Both the position numbers and the translations under genes were made by a program. Of a stretch of 64,000 nucleotides of DNA, positions 8,081 to 18,631 are shown piece after piece. Below the pieces are notes generated by a model that saw only the letters and a list, made by a program, of their open reading frames with translations, was not told the DNA's origin and made no database searches. The stretch's first letter is position 1. Every line of letters begins with the position of its first letter. Source of the DNA: an uncultured bacterium (lineage in GTDB: Bacteria; Cyanobacteriota; Vampirovibrionia; Gastranaerophilales; Gastranaerophilaceae); NCBI GenBank assembly GCA_905216055.1, contig CAJMSH010000002.1, positions 167,079-231,078 of the forward strand. The letters are read 5' to 3'.

Positions 8081-10882
8081 GTGGCTAGAATAAATTCAAT
8101 TAATTGTGTAAATAATTATTTAATAAATAACAAACCTGCGTTTAAAGGTAACGAAACTCAAACAACAAATCCTCAACAGATAAAGGAATTGTCTAATGTT
8201 CAACCTGATTATGCAGTAAAAACGCCAATGCAGTATTCTAAAATCGGAGAAATTAATTTTCCTTACGATACAAAAGCATACTGCTATAAACTTGCAAATG
8301 GTCAAAAAGTAATTATTGTGCCTCAAGAGGGTGAAACAGTTTTAAGAACCTATGTAAATACAGGCTCTATGAACGAACCTGATAAACTTAGAGGAATAAG
8401 TCACTATATAGAACATAACTTATTCAACGGCTCAAAAGGTTTGGAAGAAGGAGATTTCTTTAAACAAATAGATAAAATGGGGGCGTCTACAAACGCATCC
8501 ACAGGTTTTGCAGAAACTAATTATTATATTAGTTCAAATTTATTGAATGATTCTGATTTAGAAAACAAAATTAAGCTTCACGCATCTATGATTGAAACCC
8601 CGATTTTTGCAGCGGATAAACTTGAAAAAGAAAAAGGTATCGTAAATTCTGAAATCAACATGATTACCTCTGATCCGGAAAATCTTGCAATAAATAAAAT
8701 GATTAAAAATCTATACGGGATTAATACAAGTTCAACCGATATGATTGGCGGAACAACAGATAATATAACAAATCTTACAAGAGATGATGTTGTAAATTAT
8801 TTCAATAACAATTACTATCCGGCAAATATGGTAACAGTTGTAACAGGAGATGTAAAACCCGATGAAACAATGAAACTTATTTCAAAATATTTTACATCTA
8901 AAAAACAACCAGCCCAAACAAGACATATTGAGAAATTTAACCCGATACAAAAAACCGTAAGAGAAGATTTTATTTCTGATAAAGCAAATGCAACACATAT
9001 CGTTGTAGGCTTTAACGGACCATCTTCTGATAATGCAAAAGATAGAATTTATGCGGAAGCAATTACAAGACTTCTTGCACGATCAGCAACTTCAAGAATA
9101 GATAAAAAAATTAAGCCATATAACACCTCTACTTGGGCTGAAGAAGAAAAAATCAGTACAAATCCAAAAGATGGACGAGTCTTAATGATTATGTCAGAAT
9201 GCTCTGATGAAAATTCCGAAAAAGTTTTAAAAACAATTTTCAACGAAATCGGAAATATTGCAAATAATCCGCCAACAGATGAAGAATTACAAATCGTAAA
9301 AAAACAAATGCTTAACGGATTTTCTAGTATGTTTGAAGAATCTTTTGCGACAAACAACGCAATCGGGACTTCTATACTTGAAAATAATGAAGAATATCTG
9401 AATAATTTTGAAAATATTGTAAAATCAATGACATCTCAAGATCTTGTAAATGCAGCAAAAAAATATTTAGATGTAAATAAAGCTTCAGTAACTCTAATTC
9501 ACCCACCATCAGCAACAGAAGAAAGCATTAAGCAAAATTATAAAAACATTTCTTTTACAGGAGCTAAAAAAGAAGCAATAAATATGGCAACCGTAAAAGA
9601 ATACAATATGCCAAACAATTACAGACTTGCAACGATAAATACCAAAACAAACAATGCAACTATAAACTTTGAAATAACCACAAACAAACCTTTAAATGCC
9701 AGACCGTCAGCAGAATTTATACTTAACAAAATTTTAGACGAAGGCTCAATATTTAAAACTCAAGAACAATATAAAACAGATATCGCAAAATCAGGAATTG
9801 CCAGCTCAGTTGGGGCAAGCAATAAATCAATCTATGCCAGCGTATACTGTGACAGCAACGACATAAAAAAAGCTTTAAACAGCTTGCAAGAAGTTGTCGA
9901 AAATCCAAGATTTACTCAAGATGTATTTGATCAAGCTAAAGCAGAACTTAAAGAAGCAATCTCAACATCAGACAAATCAGCATTTGACAAACTTGCAACA
10001 GAATTATACAAAGGACAACCTGCAGGTTATTCAAAAGAAGACATTTTAAAAGATCTTGAAACCATAACTCTTAATGATGTAAAAGCGCTTTATGATTACA
10101 CAATTAAAAACGGAAAAGGTGAAATTTCAATTGCTGCACCTTTTGATAGAAAACCTGAGTTAAATAATGTAATCTTTAATACGCTTGGACAATTCAAACC
10201 TGTAACTGAACACTATCAAAAAGAATTACAACAATTCTACAAACCTGTTGAAAAAACAAAAGTACTAACTGATACAGATTTCAAAAACCAAGCAGAAATC
10301 GTTGAAGCATATAAATTTAAAATTAACCAAAATATAAAAGATAAAGTAACTATAGAACTATTGAATACAATCCTTGGTGGCAACCCATCATCACGACTCT
10401 TTACGGATTTACGTGAAAAACAAAAACTTGCATACCACGTTAAATCAAATTACGAAACAAATGACGATATAGGATTGCTTACTCTAAAAATCAAAACAAC
10501 AACCGACAACAAAGAAACAGGTGAACAAAGTTTTGATAATATTCAAAAATCTATTGACGGATTTAACAAACATATTGAAAAAATAAAAAACGAAAAAGTT
10601 ACTGATGAAGAATTAAATAACGCAAAATTAAGCTTGAAAAACAGCTTACTGAATGCAAGCCATACTCCACATGGAAAAACAATGAGTATCTTAACAGGTA
10701 TGGATTCACCTTATGGAATTTCATTAGATAATCAACTTTTTGAAGAAATAGACAAAATTACGGCAGACGATATTTATAATGCAGCAAACTACATTTTTGC
10801 AGGAAAACCGACCTACTCAATTCTTGCAACCGAAGATACACTTAATGCCAATAAAGAATATTTTGAAAATCTGGCTAAATAA
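8081..10882 (+). CDS. M16-family zinc metallopeptidase (insulinase/pitrilysin-like, two-module)
   Basis: 933 aa; inverzincin motif HYIEH (HxxEH) near the N-terminus; length fits tandem M16 active and inactive domains. Confidence 0.75.
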   Translation: MARINSINCVNNYLINNKPAFKGNETQTTNPQQIKELSNVQPDYAVKTPMQYSKIGEINFPYDTKAYCYKLANGQKVIIVPQEGETVLRTYVNTGSMNEPDKLRGISHYIEHNLFNGSKGLEEGDFFKQIDKMGASTNASTGFAETNYYISSNLLNDSDLENKIKLHASMIETPIFAADKLEKEKGIVNSEINMITSDPENLAINKMIKNLYGINTSSTDMIGGTTDNITNLTRDDVVNYFNNNYYPANMVTVVTGDVKPDETMKLISKYFTSKKQPAQTRHIEKFNPIQKTVREDFISDKANATHIVVGFNGPSSDNAKDRIYAEAITRLLARSATSRIDKKIKPYNTSTWAEEEKISTNPKDGRVLMIMSECSDENSEKVLKTIFNEIGNIANNPPTDEELQIVKKQMLNGFSSMFEESFATNNAIGTSILENNEEYLNNFENIVKSMTSQDLVNAAKKYLDVNKASVTLIHPPSATEESIKQNYKNISFTGAKKEAINMATVKEYNMPNNYRLATINTKTNNATINFEITTNKPLNARPSAEFILNKILDEGSIFKTQEQYKTDIAKSGIASSVGASNKSIYASVYCDSNDIKKALNSLQEVVENPRFTQDVFDQAKAELKEAISTSDKSAFDKLATELYKGQPAGYSKEDILKDLETITLNDVKALYDYTIKNGKGEISIAAPFDRKPELNNVIFNTLGQFKPVTEHYQKELQQFYKPVEKTKVLTDTDFKNQAEIVEAYKFKINQNIKDKVTIELLNTILGGNPSSRLFTDLREKQKLAYHVKSNYETNDDIGLLTLKIKTTTDNKETGEQSFDNIQKSIDGFNKHIEKIKNEKVTDEELNNAKLSLKNSLLNASHTPHGKTMSILTGMDSPYGISLDNQLFEEIDKITADDIYNAANYIFAGKPTYSILATEDTLNANKEYFENLAK

Positions 10883-10889
10883 TTGCTAA

Positions 10890-11264
10890 TTATTTAACAT
10901 TTTGAATATCATATTTTACGCCGTGGCCGGTTATTGTAAAATTCACAGGAACTACATATTTTACACCACAAGCATAGACAGTCCATTCCTCAGACCAATT
11001 TCCGCCAATTTCTCTACCATTTCTGTTATATACAACATCCTCTTTTTCTTTGACAACTTTTGTATCCGAAAGCATTATATTCCTGCAACCTTTTGCCTCA
11101 CGAGCAACTTTTGAATAAACAAAGCCAAGCACAACTGCCTGCATATTTTGCGGAAGTATAGTTTTGCCAACAAGCGGAAGCTCTGTTCCTAAATAAGATT
11201 GTGCAAAAACAACAGTTGGACAAACCATCAATAATACAATAAAAGATAATAAACTCTTTTTCAT
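10890..11264 (-). CDS. Secreted hypothetical protein (124 aa)
   Basis: N-terminal signal peptide MKKSLLSFIVLLMVCPTVVFA; no recognisable domain. Confidence 0.45.
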   Translation of the reverse strand: MKKSLLSFIVLLMVCPTVVFAQSYLGTELPLVGKTILPQNMQAVVLGFVYSKVAREAKGCRNIMLSDTKVVKEKEDVVYNRNGREIGGNWSEEWTVYACGVKYVVPVNFTITGHGVKYDIQNVK

Positions 11265-11311
11265 ACAAAATCCTTTCGCAAAATATATTCTATTTTAACA
11301 TATTACACTAT

Positions 11312-11346
11312 AAAAGACAAGCCTATACAAAACAAGCCTGTCTTTT
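11312..11346 (-). terminator. Intrinsic terminator hairpin downstream of the DUF378 gene
   Basis: aaagacaagc ... gcctgtcttt stem with a T-tract on the minus strand. Confidence 0.5.
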
Positions 11347-11374
11347 ATCAAGTTTTTCCCACTAAAATTCACCC

Positions 11375-11578
11375 TTAATTATTTTCAAAAACATCACGAT
11401 AAGAAGCAATAGTATAAAGAATAGCACTAATTCCGACTAATCCATATACAATTCTTGAAATCAAGGTCATATCACCAAAAATTAAAGCGACTAAATCAAT
11501 GTTGAAAAATCCAACAAGCCCCCAATTTAAAGCCCCTATCAAAACTAAAATATAGCTGATAATTTTCACAATCTGCAT
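11375..11578 (-). CDS. Small membrane protein, DUF378-like
   Basis: 67 aa, two TM helices; GALNWGLVG motif characteristic of the DUF378 family. Confidence 0.55.
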   Translation of the reverse strand: MQIVKIISYILVLIGALNWGLVGFFNIDLVALIFGDMTLISRIVYGLVGISAILYTIASYRDVFENN

Positions 11579-11644
11579 AAATTTACCTCACTTTCAAACT
11601 CAATAATTTAATGAATTAAAAAATTTTTAAATTGGTAAATTGGA

Positions 11645-11690
11645 CAATAAAAAAGAGCCTGTAAAAAATTACAGACTCTTTTTTCTTTTA
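11645..11690 (-). terminator. Rho-independent terminator downstream of gap (bidirectional-looking)
   Basis: aaaagagcctgt / acagactctttt hairpin flanked by A/T tracts on both sides. Confidence 0.65.
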
Positions 11691-11704
11691 TAATCTTCTA
11701 CAAA

Positions 11705-12754
<1,050 letters not shown>

Positions 12755-12978
12755 TCATCAACAAAAAAACTAATCAAGTAGGTATGAAGGTTTAAATTGT
12801 TAAAAAAAAGTTAATTATTCTCAAAACGATTGTACTTAAAAAATTCAAATCTATATCAATTCATAAATTTGAAATATAAATATAGCTTGAAACAATAAAT
12901 TACTTGTGCTATGCTCTGGATTGTAGAATTCAGGACATTTTTGAATATATTCCTGACAAAGATTAGGGTAAAACAACA

Positions 12979-13323
12979 ATGAGAATAGCAAGTATTTCAA
13001 ACTATCAGCATTTTAATGGTACTTACAACAATAACAACAAAAAAGAATCTTTTTTGGACAAATTTCACACTTACGCTAAAAATTCAGCAGATATGACAGA
13101 CACAATTGTTGTTGCGCGTACAATTTTCAAAGGATACCTTGGAATTATGGCAGGTACAACACTTGTAACTTTAGGCGGACTCGTAAACAAAGCCAAACAT
13201 CCAAAATTGTTTAAAGGCACAATGATTGCAGGTCTATTATCATCTTTATACGGAACTTACGCATTTGTAAGACCTTTTATAATTAAAGATGCACCTGGAG
13301 TTGAAACAAAAAAAGATAAATAA
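12979..13323 (+). CDS. Hypothetical membrane protein (114 aa)
   Basis: ORF with two predicted TM helices; weak RBS; no known domain. Confidence 0.4.
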   Translation: MRIASISNYQHFNGTYNNNNKKESFLDKFHTYAKNSADMTDTIVVARTIFKGYLGIMAGTTLVTLGGLVNKAKHPKLFKGTMIAGLLSSLYGTYAFVRPFIIKDAPGVETKKDK

Positions 13324-13330
13324 TAAAAAT

Positions 13331-14716
13331 TTAGACAGGTGAAACACAAGCTGAAATTGCATCAATCAGTCGCTTAACAGGTACTATTTCAATTCTTTTA
13401 TCATCAATTTTGTTAGCATAAGGAATTATTGCTTTTTTAAAGCCAGTCATAACAGCTTCATTCAAGCGTTTTTCAATATTATTAACAGGATGAATTTCTC
13501 CTGACAGACCTATTTCTCCAATTATAACGGTTTGCGGATCAACAACAACATCTCTTGCACATGTTGCAACGGCCAAAGCAATTCCTAAATCGGCAGAAGG
13601 CTCATATACATCAATCCCGCCCATAACATTAACGTAAACATCTTGTTTTGAAAGGTTTAAGCCAACTCTTTTTTCAAGTACAGCAAGAATTTGCAACACT
13701 CTGCTTGTATCAACCCCGTTCGTAACTCTTCTTGGAGAAGGATAAGGAGTTGTTCCGACAAGAGCCTGAATTTCTACCAATAACGGTCTTGTTCCCTCAT
13801 TTGTAACAACAATTGCGCTTCCCGGGACTGATACTTGCGATCTTTCATTTAAAAATAATTCATTAGGGTTTGTCACACATTTCAAACCGTCAGTACCCAT
13901 TTCAAAAATTCCAACCTCTGAAGTGTTCCCAAAACGATTTTTCATAGAACGAAGCATTCTATAAGATTTATACTTATCGCCTTCAAAATATATAACAGTA
14001 TCAACCATGTGCTCAAGCACCTTTGGACCTGCTATATTTCCGTCCTTTGTAACATGACCGATTACAATTACGGTAATATTTTTTGATTTTGCAATATGCA
14101 TCAAAAGGTTTGTACATTCACGGATTTGAGAAACGCTGCCGGCAGAGCTTGCAACATTTTGAGAATAAATTGCTTGAATACTGTCAATCACAACGACATC
14201 AGGCATTAAATCTTCAATTTGAGATTTTATATTTTCCATTGAAGTCTGCGGATAAATATACAAGTTATCTGCATTAATAGAAAGTCTTTGCGCCCTTAAT
14301 TTTAATTGGCTTGCGCTTTCTTCCGCAGAAACATACAAAACTTTTTTATTATTTTTGCAAAGCTCACCGCTTGTTTGTAACAATATTGTAGATTTACCTA
14401 TTCCTGGATCACCAGCTATTAAGACAAGAGAGCCTTGAACCAATCCGCCGCCTAAAATTCTGTCAAATTCAGAAATATTTGTCGGAACTCGAACTTCTTC
14501 TCCGATATGAATATCTTTCAAAAGTTCAGGTTTTTCGGTATTTATAAATTCATCATGCACTGATACCTGTTGAGGTTTAGCATTAAACTGAACTTCTTCG
14601 GTTAATGTTCCCCAAGCACCGCATTCAGGACATTTCCCAAGATATCCTGCCGTTTCATACCCGCATTCTGTACATACCCATTTTGATTTAACTTTTGCCA
14701 TAGAAAAATTATACAA
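13331..14716 (-). CDS. radA: DNA repair protein RadA/Sms
   Basis: 461 aa; N-terminal C4 zinc finger CTECGYETAGYLGKCPEC, Walker A GDPGIGKST, KNRFG motif, Lon-like C-terminal domain. Confidence 0.95.
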   Translation of the reverse strand: MYNFSMAKVKSKWVCTECGYETAGYLGKCPECGAWGTLTEEVQFNAKPQQVSVHDEFINTEKPELLKDIHIGEEVRVPTNISEFDRILGGGLVQGSLVLIAGDPGIGKSTILLQTSGELCKNNKKVLYVSAEESASQLKLRAQRLSINADNLYIYPQTSMENIKSQIEDLMPDVVVIDSIQAIYSQNVASSAGSVSQIRECTNLLMHIAKSKNITVIVIGHVTKDGNIAGPKVLEHMVDTVIYFEGDKYKSYRMLRSMKNRFGNTSEVGIFEMGTDGLKCVTNPNELFLNERSQVSVPGSAIVVTNEGTRPLLVEIQALVGTTPYPSPRRVTNGVDTSRVLQILAVLEKRVGLNLSKQDVYVNVMGGIDVYEPSADLGIALAVATCARDVVVDPQTVIIGEIGLSGEIHPVNNIEKRLNEAVMTGFKKAIIPYANKIDDKRIEIVPVKRLIDAISACVSPV

Positions 14717-14761
14717 TAATTGCGTAAATCTTACAACATCGATTATTTTAAAATCTATATA

Positions 14762-14812
14762 ACAAAAAGGGCGGTCAAATTGTGACCGCCACCTTTATAT
14801 TTTTGTATTTTT
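14762..14812 (-). terminator. GC-rich hairpin terminator between the serpin gene and radA
   Basis: ggcggtca aattg tgaccgcc stem with T-tracts on both flanks. Confidence 0.65.
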
Positions 14813-14819
14813 TATGTTT

Positions 14820-15860
14820 TTATTTTCTGCCTGTTTTATTTATCAAAGATACATCATCAACTCTCAATGCAAAGTATGGTTTGATTTTATCAGATTCTTG
14901 CAAGAACATTACAAATGTATCGTCAAAATTGAAATCACGAGATTTTACTCTTTCAGGTATCAAAGATGACATTGTAACCGCGATTGCAGCTTCCGATTTC
15001 AATTTAACCCCTTCATTATCCATTTTAAAATCTATTGTTTCCAATGCTTGAGAAATCAGCATATCAGTTCCTTGAATTTTGTGATTACACAATTCATCAA
15101 AAGATTTTTCTCTATATAAGTTGATATTAGGAATTTTTAATTCATCATCAGAATTGAATTTTCTTGGTCCTTCATAAGTGTCTTTCTTCCTTAACATATC
15201 AGCATATAATTTATCGAAAGTCTTGTTATCTTCTGTTCTGTACAGATAAACAACATCATTACCATCAGTTCTGATTGAAACAGCAAAATCATCTTTTGAA
15301 TTATAGAACAATACATTAACCATATTATCCAAAACTCTATCGCTATTTTTATCAATTCCGAAATAATCAACTTTTTTGAAAGAATGAGCAAATCTTGCAG
15401 GTTTCAACTTATCAAATGCAGTCAAGAATTTAAAATCCTTTTTCAACATTGCATACAAGAAATATTTTCCAGGTCCAGGAGTCCAGTCAACAGAATCTAA
15501 AATATCACTTGTTTCATCAAATTTTTCTTTTATGCCTTCTTCAATCTGTTTTTTTAGCTCTGGAGAAGTTTCACCATAAGCCTTATAATATGAATCTTCA
15601 GAAAGCTGATCTACATTAAATTTTTTCTTGTTTAATTGTTTTACAAGCGGAGATTTGTAACCTTCAAACTTTACAGGTCCTTTTACAATTCCATCCATCA
15701 AATCATTCCATACAAGCTGAAATGTACCAACCCAAACTCTGTTAGCCTGAGATGATTCATAAGACATTACCGGCAAAACGTCCAAATTTTTATCTGTTTT
15801 AGCCATTACCGAACCACTTGCTAAAAGCATAATACTTAACAATAATACTAATTTTTTCAT
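14820..15860 (-). CDS. Secreted serpin-family protein (serine protease inhibitor-like)
   Basis: 346 aa with signal peptide; C-terminal hinge/reactive-centre-loop-like SEAAIAVTMSS, then FNFDDTFVMFL and PYFALRVDD, resembling serpin consensus EAAAATA / F.ADHPFLFFI / LFMGRV. Confidence 0.6.
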   Translation of the reverse strand: MKKLVLLLSIMLLASGSVMAKTDKNLDVLPVMSYESSQANRVWVGTFQLVWNDLMDGIVKGPVKFEGYKSPLVKQLNKKKFNVDQLSEDSYYKAYGETSPELKKQIEEGIKEKFDETSDILDSVDWTPGPGKYFLYAMLKKDFKFLTAFDKLKPARFAHSFKKVDYFGIDKNSDRVLDNMVNVLFYNSKDDFAVSIRTDGNDVVYLYRTEDNKTFDKLYADMLRKKDTYEGPRKFNSDDELKIPNINLYREKSFDELCNHKIQGTDMLISQALETIDFKMDNEGVKLKSEAAIAVTMSSLIPERVKSRDFNFDDTFVMFLQESDKIKPYFALRVDDVSLINKTGRK

Positions 15861-15884
15861 CTTTTCTCCTTATTTAACTCTCTG

Positions 15885-16250
15885 CTATTTTATATTCAGA
15901 AATCTCAAAAAACTTTTCAAGAAACCTTTTACATTTTTTTCATGAGGAATATTAGCACACGCATAATATTTTTCATAATTATTTATAATATTTTCAGGCA
16001 AATTTTTTCCTCTTTCAAGAATATTCGAAATAAATTCAAGATAATCATCCTGTTCCTCACGGTATAATTTATCTCTTGCGCGAATATCCTCATCAGCCTC
16101 ATAATGAATTAGAGCATGATAAGCCGCCTGAATACTTTTATCTTCAGTATCACGCGGAAAATTTAAAATTGCTTCCCTCACACACATACGAGAAATTAAC
16201 ACCTGACGTATAAGCGATGCAACAAATTGTCTATCTTTAATTAAATCCAT
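15885..16250 (-). CDS. Hypothetical protein (121 aa), translationally coupled to the upstream repressor gene
   Basis: 7-nt gap to the BlaI-like gene; no TM segment, no HExxH, no recognisable domain. Confidence 0.5.
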   Translation of the reverse strand: MDLIKDRQFVASLIRQVLISRMCVREAILNFPRDTEDKSIQAAYHALIHYEADEDIRARDKLYREEQDDYLEFISNILERGKNLPENIINNYEKYYACANIPHEKNVKGFLKSFLRFLNIK

Positions 16251-16257
16251 TTGTTTA

Positions 16258-16599
16258 CTACACTAACACGTCTTGAATATTCTTATCAATGAACTTAATC
16301 ATATTAGTATAATTACCGTCAAAATAGTTTTCGGCAACAGTTTTAATAGCTTCTGAAGCCATTTCAGACTTACTCATTGCAGCTTTATAAAAGAATTTTT
16401 TTCCAACCTTATAACGTACAAGAACAGATTTTACAGTAAGTCTGTCCATAACGGTTTTTATTGTTGTGTAAGCACGTAAAACACCGTTTGCAGACAAATC
16501 ATCAACAATATCTTGAATGGAAATATCTCTATCTTCATCATTCTCAGTCAATTTCCAGAATGAATTTAAAATATCAATTTCCAACTTGCCGCACACCAT
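16258..16599 (-). CDS. BlaI/MecI/CopY-family transcriptional repressor (penicillinase-repressor winged helix)
   Basis: 113 aa; pattern LEIDILNSFW...DIVDDL...AYTTIKTVMDRLTVKSVLVRYKVGKKFFY matches the BlaI family fold. Confidence 0.75.
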   Translation of the reverse strand: MVCGKLEIDILNSFWKLTENDEDRDISIQDIVDDLSANGVLRAYTTIKTVMDRLTVKSVLVRYKVGKKFFYKAAMSKSEMASEAIKTVAENYFDGNYTNMIKFIDKNIQDVLV

Positions 16600-16639
16600 A
16601 TATTCCTCTACTTTCTTTGTTTCATTATCAACTACTAAT

Positions 16640-16693
16640 ATTGTAACACAAAATTATTTTATTGCAACCAAATTTTACAAAAATCGTTACAAT
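16640..16693 (-). promoter_or_regulatory. Candidate operator for the BlaI-like repressor: inverted repeat ATTGTAAC ... GTTACAAT with internal TTGCAA/TTACAA half-sites
   Basis: 8-bp perfect inverted repeat ~40-90 nt upstream of the repressor start; TGTAA/TTACA half-sites resemble BlaI/MecI operators. Confidence 0.4.
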
Positions 16694-17166
16694 CACTGAA
16701 TATCAAGAAGATCTTCTTCTTTCTTAAAATTAGTTTTTCTTCTTCTTAATCTTAAATTTTTCTTTTTAGTTTTTTCAGGCACACTACGATAAGCATTATC
16801 TAAAGAAATTTTAGTTAAAGCTGTTCCCTTTCTCCTATCATAAAATGTCAACCAAAAACTTCTGTTCACATTATCAACAGCAAATGACACACGACCTGCA
16901 AACTTATCTCCCGGACGGATTTGTTTAAACATCAACTTTGTATCACCAAATATTGACGGTCTGAAAACTGAATTGTAATCATTTACTAAAGCCATATCAA
17001 GTCCTGAAAATGTCTTGTCAGACATATTTGAAATCATAACAGTAAGTGTAATTGTATTAACTTCTCCAAAAGGATCTTTTTCATGTTTGATATCGCTTAT
17101 ATGAATATCAAGTCCCGGGTAAAACATTTCATGTTGCATTAATGCAGATTCTTTATAAACAGGCAA
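16693..17166 (-). CDS. Hypothetical protein (157 aa), possible beta-sandwich domain with basic C-terminal tail
   Basis: ORF; K/R-rich C-terminus (KKKNLRLRRRKTNFKKEE); no confident family. Confidence 0.45.
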   Translation of the reverse strand: MPVYKESALMQHEMFYPGLDIHISDIKHEKDPFGEVNTITLTVMISNMSDKTFSGLDMALVNDYNSVFRPSIFGDTKLMFKQIRPGDKFAGRVSFAVDNVNRSFWLTFYDRRKGTALTKISLDNAYRSVPEKTKKKNLRLRRRKTNFKKEEDLLDIQ

Positions 17167-17214
17167 AGGAACAGAAGTATTAATTTTTAATCTTATTTCA
17201 TCTCCGGGAGATAT

Positions 17215-17865
17215 CTAAAAGTCATTTACTTTTCTTATCAAAGCCATCCCAAGACCAATCGCTCCGCCTATTGCAGCGCCTCCAGCAACAGTATAACCTT
17301 GAGATGCAATAGCTGCTTCAAGTCCCAACCAATTCAACGCCATAAAACCGCCAACAGCCCCACCTGCCAATGTATAACCGACATCTTGGGCTACAATTTT
17401 TGAAGTTTCCGCGATAGGATGAAGCTTCGTGGACATTTTACCCTCAATAGGAATTTCACGACCATCAGGTGTAACCAAATAGTCAAAATCCAAAGATATC
17501 CATGCCTGACGTCCAAGACGTTTTGCATCACCTGTTTGGGAAATTCTGCCATGAGCAATAGTTCCTTTCGGAATAATTACCCCGGTATCACCCATAACTT
17601 CATCAGTAACTTCCGCAAAGAATTCATCACCTTCCATATTAATGTTACTGTCAAGAACCTGAGAAACTGTCATATTAATAACATCTTTTCTCTCTAAATG
17701 TTCAACTTGTCCGGTAAATAATTCTTTTTGAAGTTGCTGCTCATAAACATCTGTTTTTTCAGCATGACCTTCTAAAACTTCAGCATAAACTAAAGTGTTA
17801 CAAGATAAAAAAGATACTAATAATAACGAGGCAATAAATTTTTTCATAGCAAAATTATACAACAC
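17215..17865 (-). CDS. Secreted/lipoprotein-like protein with C-terminal glycine-zipper transmembrane motif (SlyB/17-kDa-antigen-like)
   Basis: 216 aa; signal peptide MKKFIASLLLVSFLSC; C-terminal GGAVGGFMALNWLGLEAAIASQGYTVAGGAAIGGAIGLGMAL glycine zipper. Confidence 0.55.
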   Translation of the reverse strand: MLYNFAMKKFIASLLLVSFLSCNTLVYAEVLEGHAEKTDVYEQQLQKELFTGQVEHLERKDVINMTVSQVLDSNINMEGDEFFAEVTDEVMGDTGVIIPKGTIAHGRISQTGDAKRLGRQAWISLDFDYLVTPDGREIPIEGKMSTKLHPIAETSKIVAQDVGYTLAGGAVGGFMALNWLGLEAAIASQGYTVAGGAAIGGAIGLGMALIRKVNDF

Positions 17866-17978
17866 TTATATATAAATTCAAAATTAATTAATTAAAAAAC
17901 ATTACAATATTTTTTATATTGTTTTATTTTATAAAAATATGGGCATAATAATTTTACAGATGAAAGGGAGGAAGCTTA

Positions 17979-18278
17979 ATGCGTTGGTATGATTTAGAGC
18001 CAGATGTTTGCATGGCAATTAGTATGATTGAGTGTGCACCGCCTAATGCACAAGTTGAATATGCTGAATATATTATTAAACTTGTTCAAGAAAAAGATAA
18101 AGATTTCGATTATCTCAAAAACATTACAAAAACAAACTTAGCAAACAGATATCAAAGATGGTATGATAGAAATGAAACGGTTTCTAAAGCTTTTGCCTAT
18201 TTAAAAGAAACAAAAAAAGAATTACAAAAAGAAATTTCTCTATCTGTACTTGCATATATGAATTCTGCAGTTGCTTAG
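17979..18278 (+). CDS. Small hypothetical protein with internally duplicated RWYD motif (99 aa)
   Basis: RBS gggaggaagcttaATG; RWYDLEPDV... and RWYDRNETVSKAF... internal repeat. Confidence 0.55.
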   Translation: MRWYDLEPDVCMAISMIECAPPNAQVEYAEYIIKLVQEKDKDFDYLKNITKTNLANRYQRWYDRNETVSKAFAYLKETKKELQKEISLSVLAYMNSAVA

Positions 18279-18316
18279 AACTTGACAAGATATAAAAAAA
18301 TCAGTATTATGAATGT

Positions 18317-18631
18317 ATGAAAAAGCGTTGGTATGATTTTGATCCAACAGTAAGTAGAGCTGTTGCCGAACTTGAAAAAGCTGAAGAATACATTCAGGTT
18401 CGTTGTGCTGACTTTATTATAGACAAATTAAAAGATATTGATTTCAATATCGAAATGTCTTTAGATGATCAGTACAACTATATTATGCGAAGATGGTACG
18501 ATAAGAATATTAAAGTTTCACATGCAATGGAATATCTAAAAAATGCCCCAATAGATATTAGAAAAGAACTTGCGCTTGAAATTATTGACTTTATAAAAGA
18601 ATACAAAGACTACGAGAAAAAATTTAAGTAG
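18317..18631 (+). CDS. Paralog of the upstream RWYD-repeat small protein (104 aa)
   Basis: KRWYDFDPTVSRAV... and RRWYDKNIKVSHAM...; same two-repeat architecture as the 17979 gene. Confidence 0.55.
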   Translation: MKKRWYDFDPTVSRAVAELEKAEEYIQVRCADFIIDKLKDIDFNIEMSLDDQYNYIMRRWYDKNIKVSHAMEYLKNAPIDIRKELALEIIDFIKEYKDYEKKFK

